DNA of 64,000 bases from Candidatus Spongiihabitans sp. Lineage in GTDB: Bacteria > Pseudomonadota > Gammaproteobacteria > Arenicellales > Poriferihabitantaceae. Each line of letters starts with the position of its first letter. The first letter of the stretch is position 1. A program made the translations under genes and the position numbers. The stretch spans positions 506,705-570,704 of the forward strand of contig OZ253450.1 of the NCBI GenBank assembly GCA_965261335.1, read 5' to 3'. Below are positions 20,567 through 28,518 of this stretch, one piece after another. The notes under the pieces were generated by a model, which made no database searches, was not told the origin of the DNA, and saw only the letters and a list, made by a program, of their open reading frames with translations.

Positions 20567-21445
20567 ATGAAAAAATACAAAGAGTCAAACCATACAATTC
20601 ATCATGGGGATGCCTTGGAAGTATTGCGATCTGAAATAGACAGTGATTCTATAGATTTAGTGTTTGTTGATCCGCCGTACAACATTGGGAAAAAATTTTC
20701 TGAATTTAAAGATAGTTGGCCATCTGATACTGAATATGTGGAATGGGCATATCAATGGATTGATGAATGTATAAGGGCACTAAAACCTACAGGAACCTTA
20801 TATCTAATGACAAGCACCCAAGCAATGCCATATTTTGATCTGTATGTAAGAAAAAATCTTGAAATTCTTAGTCGTATTGTCTGGTCTTATGATAGCTCTG
20901 GAGTTCAAGCAAAAAAACATTATGGGTCAAAATATGAACTTATTTTACACTGTGTAAAAAACATCAAGTCCTATTGTTTTAATGCAGATGATATTCTCGT
21001 AGAAGCCAAAACTGGAGCGAAACGAAAACTAATTGACTACAGGGGTGATGTCCCAAAACTGTATAATACAAAAAAAGTGCCTGGTAATGTATGGGAGTTT
21101 CCTAGAGTCAGATACCGTATGCATGAGTATGAAGAGCATCCATCACAAAAGCCAGAAGCACTATCGGAAAGAATAATTCGTGCGAGTAGTAATAAAGGAG
21201 ACACAGTGCTTGATCCATTTTCAGGCACGTTTTCTACGGCTGCCGTTGCTAAAAAATTGGGACGCAAAAGCATTAGTATCGAATTACAAGATGAGTATCT
21301 AAAAATTGGTTTGCGTAGAGTATTAGGTAGGGGCGATCATTTAGGCGAAAAGCTAGAAGCCGTTAAGAAAAACACAAAAATAAGAAATGGTCGCGGGATA
21401 AAATACGACGACAAAACAGAGGATATTTTTAGTGTCAATCATTAA
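20567..21445 (+). CDS. beta-class N6-adenine/N4-cytosine DNA methyltransferase
   Basis: Motif IV FVDPPYNIG is N-terminal, HPSQKPEAL follows, and motif I VLDPFSGTFSTA is C-terminal. One 60-nt line counted about 35% GC. Overlaps the next ORF by 14 nt. Confidence 0.85.
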   Translation: MKKYKESNHTIHHGDALEVLRSEIDSDSIDLVFVDPPYNIGKKFSEFKDSWPSDTEYVEWAYQWIDECIRALKPTGTLYLMTSTQAMPYFDLYVRKNLEILSRIVWSYDSSGVQAKKHYGSKYELILHCVKNIKSYCFNADDILVEAKTGAKRKLIDYRGDVPKLYNTKKVPGNVWEFPRVRYRMHEYEEHPSQKPEALSERIIRASSNKGDTVLDPFSGTFSTAAVAKKLGRKSISIELQDEYLKIGLRRVLGRGDHLGEKLEAVKKNTKIRNGRGIKYDDKTEDIFSVNH

Positions 21446-22592
21446 ACACGATTTTACAGATCAAATTATTGCTACCCTTGATGTCAATACGGGTGGCAAA
21501 GGTGAGAAAATACTGCAAACAAGTGAGATTGTTCAATATTTGAACATCAAAACTAAAGCGGCAAATCGTGGTTCAAAATCTAGGGCTGGCTTTGCAAATC
21601 ACTACGCAATATATGTGCTAATCGAATATTATCTAAATAAAGGCTTTAATAAAAAGGGTGACTATTCGAACTACGATGGAGCAAAATTTAGTAATCTGTT
21701 TCGCAGACAACGTGAATTGCCTTTTGGTAGTAAATTACAAAATCACGCATTAAACCATCGCCTGAATGAATAATTTAAAAAATACTTTCCTACAAGCGGG
21801 AATTTGCCAATTATAAGAGACACCGAAAGTAATAAATATTGGATAAATGAAAAACTGATTATCTCAGGTTCAATAAATCTTGCACAATCAATCAAGGATA
21901 TTATAGAGGCTTACATAAAGGCAAGACAGAGTGCTTTTTCGGAATTTATGAATTATTGCCAAAAAATAATTGATATACAGGAAAATTCACCAGAAAAAGC
22001 AATCGAATTTGTCAAAGGACTGTTCCGCCAAAATGTTGATGCAAGAGTTTTTGAAATAGCCAGATTCGCAGTTCGTAAACAATATTATGTCGATCAAAGA
22101 ATTTATTGGGGTTGGTCTCCAGAGAAACTGATTGAGGAATCATTAATACTTTATAAAACTGGCAGAACAAATGCCAATGATGGCGGCATTGATTTTGTTA
22201 TGAAACCGCTTGGTCGCTTTTTTCAAGTAACCGAAGCAGTGGATGCGGGAAAATATTTTTTAGATATTGATAAAGTGCAACGCTATCCAATTACATTTGT
22301 GGTAAAGACCAATGAATCAAGTGAGGAAATACTTGAAAAAATTGCACATCGAGCTGAGGAAAAGTATCAAATTAAAGCCATTGTAAAAGTATATATAGAA
22401 TCAATTGAATAAGTAATAAATATACCAATGCTTGTAAAAACATTTGAGAAAGTGTTAGAAACTGGAAAAGGTGCGAGTGTAATTGAGGAAATTGTCCTTC
22501 AAAGCCGTGTTGAGTTTAATGTTGAGGCAGAAGAACAAGATATTTTGGCGTTTGAACAAGCACAAGACGATGCCCGTAAAGAAGCAACCTGA
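21432..22592 (+). pseudogene. presumed cognate restriction endonuclease, one reading frame interrupted by two in-frame TAA codons
   Basis: ORFs 21432..21773, 21804..22412 and an unlisted 54-codon ORF (ATG 22428, stop 22590-22592) are all in the same frame. Only TAA 21771-21773 and TAA 22410-22412 separate them. The endonuclease role is inferred from position only. Confidence 0.5.
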
Positions 22593-22724
22593 CAAAAACA
22601 CGCGCTCGGGTAAAATAAAGCCACATTCGTTCCCCACTACGATTTGTTTTGTCGGTAATGTTGGACGTTATAAGGACGGTAATTATGACACATGAACAAA
22701 CGGCTGGCGTTTTGAGGTATCCTA

Positions 22725-23219
22725 ATGCTTGATGAGCTAATAAAAGTTAAGCGGTTGCGCGAAGACAAGGCTATCGCCGCACTTAACGAAGCCCAGACGT
22801 TGCTGGAACAACGCATCGCCGATGAGGAGGCGAAGCGGCAGGAGCAAGCCGACTACAGCCTTTGGCGGGCAAGACGGAAACAGGAGTTGTACCAAGATAT
22901 TGAGGGCAAATCGGTGTCCCTTACAGCATTGGAGCAAATGCGTGAGCAGATTGCCTCTCATCGGGACATGGATCTGCAACTGCAGGAGGATCTCGTCGAG
23001 TCCGTGCGTGAGCGGGAAATAGCAGGGCAGGCTCTGGAGACAGCACGGCAGGTACGTTTGTCGGCTTATCGGGAAGTCACCAAGTATGAACAATATAATC
23101 AGACCCTGGCGAATGAAGAACAACGGGAACAGGAACGGCGGGAAGAAGTTGAAGTGGAGGACACAAATACCGGACGGGGCAGTGCCCTGAAACAAAACAA
23201 ACGGGGAACATTACAATGA
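22725..23219 (+). CDS. sctO: T3SS stalk protein (YscO-like coiled coil)
   Basis: 164-aa coiled coil. VKRLREDKAIAAL...QADYSLWRARR parallels the YscO VKVLRVERAEKAI...SQDYHLWRIDE from recollection. The stop overlaps the sctP start. Confidence 0.7.
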   Translation: MLDELIKVKRLREDKAIAALNEAQTLLEQRIADEEAKRQEQADYSLWRARRKQELYQDIEGKSVSLTALEQMREQIASHRDMDLQLQEDLVESVREREIAGQALETARQVRLSAYREVTKYEQYNQTLANEEQREQERREEVEVEDTNTGRGSALKQNKRGTLQ

Positions 23220-24316
23220 AAATATCGAAAGAAAATGTACCGCTCTCGAAGCAGTCGGAGAACCCTCAGCAACAGACTCAGCGCTCCAAAGAACAATTGG
23301 ATGAAGCTAAAACAAAGTTTTCATCCGCGCTAAAAGGGGACAAAGCCAAACATGACAAACGACAAAAGGAAAATATACCACTCTCGAAGCAGGCGGAGAT
23401 ATCTCATCATCGGCAGCAAACTCAGCACTCCAAAGAGCAAATGAATGAAGCAGAGGCAAAGTTTTCATCCGTGCTAAAAGAGCCCAAAGCCAAACTTGAC
23501 AAACGACAAAAGGAAAATGTACCACTCTCGAAGCAGGTGGAGAATCCTCACCATCGGCAGCAAACTCAACACCCCAAAGAGCAATTTGATGAAGTTAAAA
23601 CAAAGTTTTCATCCGCGCTAAAAGAGCCCAAGGCCAAACCTGACAAACAACAAAGAGAAAATGTATCACTCTCGAAGCAGGTGGAGAATCCTCACCATCG
23701 GCAGCAAACTCAACACCCCAAAGAGCAATTTGATGAAGTTAAAACAAAGTTTTCATCCGCGCTAAAAGAACCCAAAACCGAAGAGATGCAGTCGAAAGCC
23801 AGACTTAATAAACGGCAAGATGACAACCTTTTTGACATGCCCGTTGACAGCACAGAAGCTGGACGTGGCTCGGGGGGCATCGCAAATTCCGACAACACCA
23901 GTGCGGAAACGCTGGCAGTGAAAGGCAGCCAAGAACCGCCAGTCGCCCGCGACATCAGCTCGGTCGCACAGCAGATTGCTACGCGCGTACTGGTCTCCCC
24001 GCCCGGTGTCAACAATCCAGAGGTGCGTATTCAACTCAAAGAGTCCGTCCTTCAGGGTAGCGACGTGCGTATTTTCCGTGAGGGTGGTACCTTGAAAGTC
24101 GTATTTGTGGCACCGAACCAAGAAGCTGCCAATTTTATTGCCAACAACCGTGAGGCTATGACGGTGACCTTGAATAACCGCTTACCCGGAGAACAAATCG
24201 ATATCAGCATTGAAACACAGCAATCGGAACGCGACCGTGGTGAACATGGAGAGGGACGCTCCCGTCAACAGTATGTGGCAGACGATGACGATGACATATC
24301 TGGTGTGGGACTGTGA
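23216..24316 (+). CDS. sctP: needle-length ruler / substrate-specificity switch protein with four tandem repeats
   Basis: Sits in the yscP position. The repeat region is followed by a C-terminal T3S4-like block (...VRIQLKESVLQGSDVRIFREGGTLKVVFVAPNQEAANFI...). Confidence 0.65.
   Translation: MKISKENVPLSKQSENPQQQTQRSKEQLDEAKTKFSSALKGDKAKHDKRQKENIPLSKQAEISHHRQQTQHSKEQMNEAEAKFSSVLKEPKAKLDKRQKENVPLSKQVENPHHRQQTQHPKEQFDEVKTKFSSALKEPKAKPDKQQRENVSLSKQVENPHHRQQTQHPKEQFDEVKTKFSSALKEPKTEEMQSKARLNKRQDDNLFDMPVDSTEAGRGSGGIANSDNTSAETLAVKGSQEPPVARDISSVAQQIATRVLVSPPGVNNPEVRIQLKESVLQGSDVRIFREGGTLKVVFVAPNQEAANFIANNREAMTVTLNNRLPGEQIDISIETQQSERDRGEHGEGRSRQQYVADDDDDISGVGL
23228..23776 (+). repeat. four tandem 138-144-nt (46-48-aa) repeats inside sctP
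   Basis: Units KENVPLSKQ.EN.HHRQQTQH.KEQ.DE.KTKFSSALKEPKAK.DK.Q lie at residues 5-50, 51-98, 99-146 and 147-187. Units 3 and 4 are nearly identical at the DNA level. Confidence 0.85.
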
Positions 24317-24359
24317 CTACTCGGGCTGGGTTCGGACTGAATCACGAACGCATTGAGCT

Positions 24360-25451
24360 ATGACTTGGCAGGCAACCCCCTATCCTCGCTACGCCCCCCC
24401 ATCGGTCAGCTTTGCTAATCACTGGCACAAGCATTGCTTGGATAACGTAAAGTTGACGCTGGGTTCGCTGATTTTTGGGGCGAAACGGATTGTCAATGGT
24501 GGCAATGACAATGTTGGCATGGTGCTGGACTGCACACTCGGTGACAGCAGTCTTGCGGTCTATTTGACGGAAGATGCCCTTGCCGGATTGCTGGATGACG
24601 TAATGACAGTCGAAACTTTACGGGCTTTGGATGAACCTTGGAGGCTCACATTAATCGAATCTGCCTTGACACCGCTGGTGGATACGCTACAGGAGCAACT
24701 GGGCTTGGCATTACGATTGGTACAAGCCAGACAGGCAGAAGCACCGTTACCCGTTGATAGTCTTCGCTTCAGCATTCGTTCTGGTGGTAATGCCGGACCA
24801 GAGAGGAGTTGGTTCCTTGCTATCGTCCTTGCGGATGATCCTCCAACAGAGGTGCTGGAATATCTGCAACGGTTCGGAAACACGGCAGCTAAAGATCTTT
24901 CGTGGCTACCTCTGCCTGTTGCACTTGAAGTGGGGCGAACTAGTTTGTCGTTAGCGGAGGTTGCACTTTTGACAATTGGTGATATTATCATGTTGTGCGA
25001 TGCTTATTATCTATCGGAGAAGTGCCTTCGCATCAACGTCAGCGACCAGCTGTCCTGCATAGCAAAGATTGACGGTAATGTCCTGACGCTACAAACCCCG
25101 TTCAACAACAATACAGACAACAAGATGGCATACGAATCAACCTATTCTAACACTGCGGAAGCCCAGATGCCGGGGACAGTAAACGCCGAGGGAAAAGCTG
25201 AAGGCAACGATAACGTACAAACCGACACCGAGAACCACCTTGCCGAACTCCATGTTAATCTGGTGTTCATCGCCGGTCGACTGCAATTAACAGTGGGCGA
25301 GCTCCGTCAGATGCAACCAGGTCATGTGTTTGATCTGCGGCAAACCGCCGACCGACACATCGATATCACTGCTAACGGTGCCGTCATCGGTACGGGTGAA
25401 CTGGTGGAAGTAGATGGACGAGCCGGAGTCCGTGTACATGAGTGTAAATAG
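24360..25451 (+). CDS. sctQ: T3SS cytoplasmic ring / sorting platform protein
   Basis: 363 aa with a C-terminal SpoA-type domain (...LVFIAGRLQLTVGELRQMQPGHVFDL...ITANGAVIGTGELVEVDGRAGVRV). Confidence 0.8.
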   Translation: MTWQATPYPRYAPPSVSFANHWHKHCLDNVKLTLGSLIFGAKRIVNGGNDNVGMVLDCTLGDSSLAVYLTEDALAGLLDDVMTVETLRALDEPWRLTLIESALTPLVDTLQEQLGLALRLVQARQAEAPLPVDSLRFSIRSGGNAGPERSWFLAIVLADDPPTEVLEYLQRFGNTAAKDLSWLPLPVALEVGRTSLSLAEVALLTIGDIIMLCDAYYLSEKCLRINVSDQLSCIAKIDGNVLTLQTPFNNNTDNKMAYESTYSNTAEAQMPGTVNAEGKAEGNDNVQTDTENHLAELHVNLVFIAGRLQLTVGELRQMQPGHVFDLRQTADRHIDITANGAVIGTGELVEVDGRAGVRVHECK

Positions 25452-25481
25452 ATTGTATTGATTGGCAGAGCGGGTATCTGA

Positions 25482-26135
25482 ATGAGCGTGGAAAACATTG
25501 ATCCACTTGCGTTGATTCTATTTCTCAGCGCACTCAGTCTCCTGCCTTTGCTGGTGATAATCGGCACTTCTTTTGTCAAAATCAGCATTGTTTTCTCCTT
25601 GATTCGCAACGCCCTTGGCATCCAGCAAATTCCCCCCAACATGGCACTGCATGCACTGGCACTAATCATGACAATGTACATCATGGCGCCGGTGGGCTTG
25701 CGTAGCTACGACAATATTACCAGCGAGCCGATCGCCTTGGATAATTTCCAATCCATTGAGCGCACTTTCAAGCGCGGACTCCAGCCCTATAAGGAATTTC
25801 TGAAAAAACATACTAGCGACAAAGAGCTTGACTTTTTCGTATCCACCGCGAGAACCCTGTGGGCTACTGAATTCCATGTGGACATCCACAAAGACAACAT
25901 GATCATTCTATTGCCATCATTTATTGTCGGAGAGCTCACCGTCGCCTTCGAGATAGGTTTTTTGGTATATCTACCATTCATCGTTATCGATCTGGTCGTC
26001 TCCAATATTCTGATGGCGATGGGTATGATGATGATGTCGCCGACGACCATCTCTCTGCCTTTCAAGCTACTACTATTCGTTTTCCTTGATGGCTGGACTC
26101 GGTTGGTACACGGATTAGTTTTGTCCTACCAATAG
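25482..26135 (+). CDS. sctR: T3SS export apparatus protein
   Basis: 217 aa, FliP/YscR pattern (...SFVKISIVFSLIRNALGIQQIPPN...). Confidence 0.9.
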   Translation: MSVENIDPLALILFLSALSLLPLLVIIGTSFVKISIVFSLIRNALGIQQIPPNMALHALALIMTMYIMAPVGLRSYDNITSEPIALDNFQSIERTFKRGLQPYKEFLKKHTSDKELDFFVSTARTLWATEFHVDIHKDNMIILLPSFIVGELTVAFEIGFLVYLPFIVIDLVVSNILMAMGMMMMSPTTISLPFKLLLFVFLDGWTRLVHGLVLSYQ

Positions 26136-26143
26136 GTGTTAAG

Positions 26144-26419
26144 GTGTCTGAAGCCGAGATAATTAGTCACGCCTCCCAGGCGCTGATACATGTGCTGTTG
26201 TTATCCCTGCCGCCGATAGTGGTGGCAGCGCTGGTGGGTACGCTGGTCAGCCTAGTGCAGGCTCTGACTCAGATTCAGGAGCAAACTATTTCCTTTGCCT
26301 TTAAGTTGGTTGCGGTGATATCGGTGCTGATTCTGCTTTCGGGATGGATTGGTGCGGATTTGATTGGCTATGCTAGTCGTTCTTTCGATGCAATTGAGGA
26401 TTTGTATTTTCTCGGTTAA
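26144..26419 (+). CDS. sctS: T3SS export apparatus protein
   Basis: 91-aa two-TM hairpin, FliQ/YscS pattern (...LVSLVQALTQIQEQTISFAFKL...). GTG start. Confidence 0.85.
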   Translation: MSEAEIISHASQALIHVLLLSLPPIVVAALVGTLVSLVQALTQIQEQTISFAFKLVAVISVLILLSGWIGADLIGYASRSFDAIEDLYFLG

Positions 26420-26614
26420 GTGTCAAGGGCACCTCTATTAACTAGAATATTTTTGTGCCCGGTTTTTGCTCCTGCAAAATCGGCATACTGTGCTTCCTGC
26501 ACATAAGTGCCGGTCAGCCCCGCACGGAAAGCAGTTAATAAAGATGCCCTAAATTATGATTACAAACACTGTGCATTTTGATAATAGAATACAGTAGCAC
26601 CTCATTGACGGATT

Positions 26615-27421
26615 ATGGAACAACTGATTGACCTGATCAAAGAGGTATTACTCACTTTTTCCTTGGGGCTGCCTCGGCTTATGGGGGCTATGACCATGCT
26701 TTCGTTCTTGGGTTCTTCAGTAATGGGTGGCGTGATGACCCGTAACATGGTGGTCATCGCTCTCTCCTTGGTTATCTACCCAATGCTACAGCACCAGATT
26801 CAGTCAGTCGAACTGAGTCCGTGGATGATTGCCGGTATCGCAATGAAGGAGCTAATGGTGGGCATGATGATAGGTTATCTGGTCACTGCGGTGTTTTGGG
26901 CGATTCAAGCAGTTGGCGCGTTCATCGACAACCAGCGAGGAGCCACCATGGCCAGCAGCATGGACCCGTTGCTTGGTGGTCAGTCTTCGCCCTTTGGTAT
27001 GTTGATGACACAAACTCTGGTCACTTTGTTCTTTGTCAGTGGTTTGTTCCTCCTTTTTCTTGGAGGTATCTACAAGAGCTATAACCTGTGGCCAGTGGTT
27101 TCCTTTTTTCCGGTAGTCAGTATGGCATTGCTTGAATTTTTGTTAGCACAATTTGTGTTGGTGGCGAAACTGGCCGTGGTGGTCGGCGCTCCCATCATCA
27201 TCGCTATGTTCTTGAGCGAGTTTGGTCTAGGCTTGATTAGTCGTTTTGCACCACAATTAAATGTCTTTTTTCTTTCCATGTCAATCAAGAGTGCGGTTGC
27301 CAACTTCTTGCTTATCCTGTTCTGGAGCGTGCTGATACTTTACTTCGGAGATTTGCTGGGCAACTTCGACAACCAACTGCATCTTTTAGATGATATTGTC
27401 AGCAAGGACACTCGAACATGA
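26615..27421 (+). CDS. sctT: T3SS export apparatus protein
   Basis: 268-aa polytopic protein, FliR/YscT pattern. The stop overlaps the sctU start. Confidence 0.85.
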   Translation: MEQLIDLIKEVLLTFSLGLPRLMGAMTMLSFLGSSVMGGVMTRNMVVIALSLVIYPMLQHQIQSVELSPWMIAGIAMKELMVGMMIGYLVTAVFWAIQAVGAFIDNQRGATMASSMDPLLGGQSSPFGMLMTQTLVTLFFVSGLFLLFLGGIYKSYNLWPVVSFFPVVSMALLEFLLAQFVLVAKLAVVVGAPIIIAMFLSEFGLGLISRFAPQLNVFFLSMSIKSAVANFLLILFWSVLILYFGDLLGNFDNQLHLLDDIVSKDTRT

Positions 27422-28458
27422 GTGGCTCCGCTGACAAAACTGAACAGCCAACCGCCAAGCGTCTGCGTGATGCTCGTAAAAAAGGACAGGTCGCCAAAAG
27501 CAAGGAGGTGCCCAGTGCCGCAGTGATCGTGACTGTCATGCTTTTTCTGTGGAATGCCAGTGACTATTATATGGACAAGCTGGAACAACTTTTGAACATG
27601 CCGATATGGATTGAGAGCGTTCCCTTTGAAAAAAGTTTTAACGATATAGTCAGGGAAGTGCTGGAGCTAGGTTTGTCCATGGTACTACCAGTAGTTGGTT
27701 TGGCTGCTTTGGCGGGTATTCTGGGTAACTTTTTTCAGGTGGGGGTACTGTTCGCTCCCGAGGCGGTGAAACCAGACCTGAAAAAAATCAATCCAGGTTC
27801 TGCCCTGAAGAATATATTTTCCACCAAAAGTGCCATAGAAATGCTTAAGTCGATCATCAAGATTGTCATCATGACCTATCTGATCGGCCATGTCATTTGG
27901 ATTCACGCGCCGTCTTTGTTGCGTATTCCCTATTGCGGCATTGATTGTGTATTCCTCACACTCGGTATGGCACTGCTGGACGTGATAGTTTACGCATCTA
28001 TAGCCTTTATCATCGTGGCCGCATTAGATTATGTATTCCAGAAATTTGAGTACATTAAGGGACTGAAGATGAGCAAAGATGAGATCAAACGGGAATACAA
28101 GGAATCGGAGGGCGATCCACAGATTAAGGGCCGCCGCCGACAACTGTTCATGGAGATTGTCAGCTCCCAGCAGACCTCCAACGTCAAACGTTCCAGCCTA
28201 ATTGTCAGCAATCCCACCCATGTGGCAGTCGGGCTTTACTATGAACGGGAGAAAACACCATTGCCGGTTGTTACCCTCAAAGAGCAAGGATTGCATGCCC
28301 TGCGGGTGATTGAAATTGCCGAAAAGGAAGGAATACCAGTGATGCAGAATATCCCTCTGGCACACTCACTGCTGGAGGAGTGTGACCTAAATGCTTATAT
28401 ACCAGATACGCTAATTGGGCCAGTGGCAGAAGTGCTACGACTGGTTCGAGGTATGTGA
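27418..28458 (+). CDS. sctU: T3SS autoprotease / substrate switch protein
   Basis: 346 aa. N-terminus MSGSADKTEQPTAKRLRDARKKGQVAKS, four TM helices, and the NPTH autocleavage motif at 28210-28221. Confidence 0.9.
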   Translation: MSGSADKTEQPTAKRLRDARKKGQVAKSKEVPSAAVIVTVMLFLWNASDYYMDKLEQLLNMPIWIESVPFEKSFNDIVREVLELGLSMVLPVVGLAALAGILGNFFQVGVLFAPEAVKPDLKKINPGSALKNIFSTKSAIEMLKSIIKIVIMTYLIGHVIWIHAPSLLRIPYCGIDCVFLTLGMALLDVIVYASIAFIIVAALDYVFQKFEYIKGLKMSKDEIKREYKESEGDPQIKGRRRQLFMEIVSSQQTSNVKRSSLIVSNPTHVAVGLYYEREKTPLPVVTLKEQGLHALRVIEIAEKEGIPVMQNIPLAHSLLEECDLNAYIPDTLIGPVAEVLRLVRGM

Positions 28459-28518
28459 CACCCGCTCATAAATTCTATCAGTTTGGCTTTTTTTTCTGCT
28501 CTTTGGTGTCACAGGGAA

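Noticed and set aside
22455-22695. Small ORFs 22455..22637 (-) and 22483..22695 (+) in the R-M/sctO junction
   Set aside because: They have no recognisable features. They overlap the in-frame 54-codon continuation of the presumed endonuclease frame, which explains the open frame better.
25100-25180. Internal translation start in sctQ that would produce a separate SctQ-C, as in YscQ/SpaO
   Set aside because: Candidate Met codons exist (DNKMAYEST, AEAQMPGT), but none has a convincing Shine-Dalgarno sequence. I cannot support this from sequence alone.
28455-28512. GTGACACC...GGTGTCAC inverted repeat between convergent sctU and the effector, as a bidirectional terminator
   Set aside because: It is an 8-bp stem with a ~42-nt loop. 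The only T-run lies inside the loop, with no flanking U-tract. Too weak to call a terminator.
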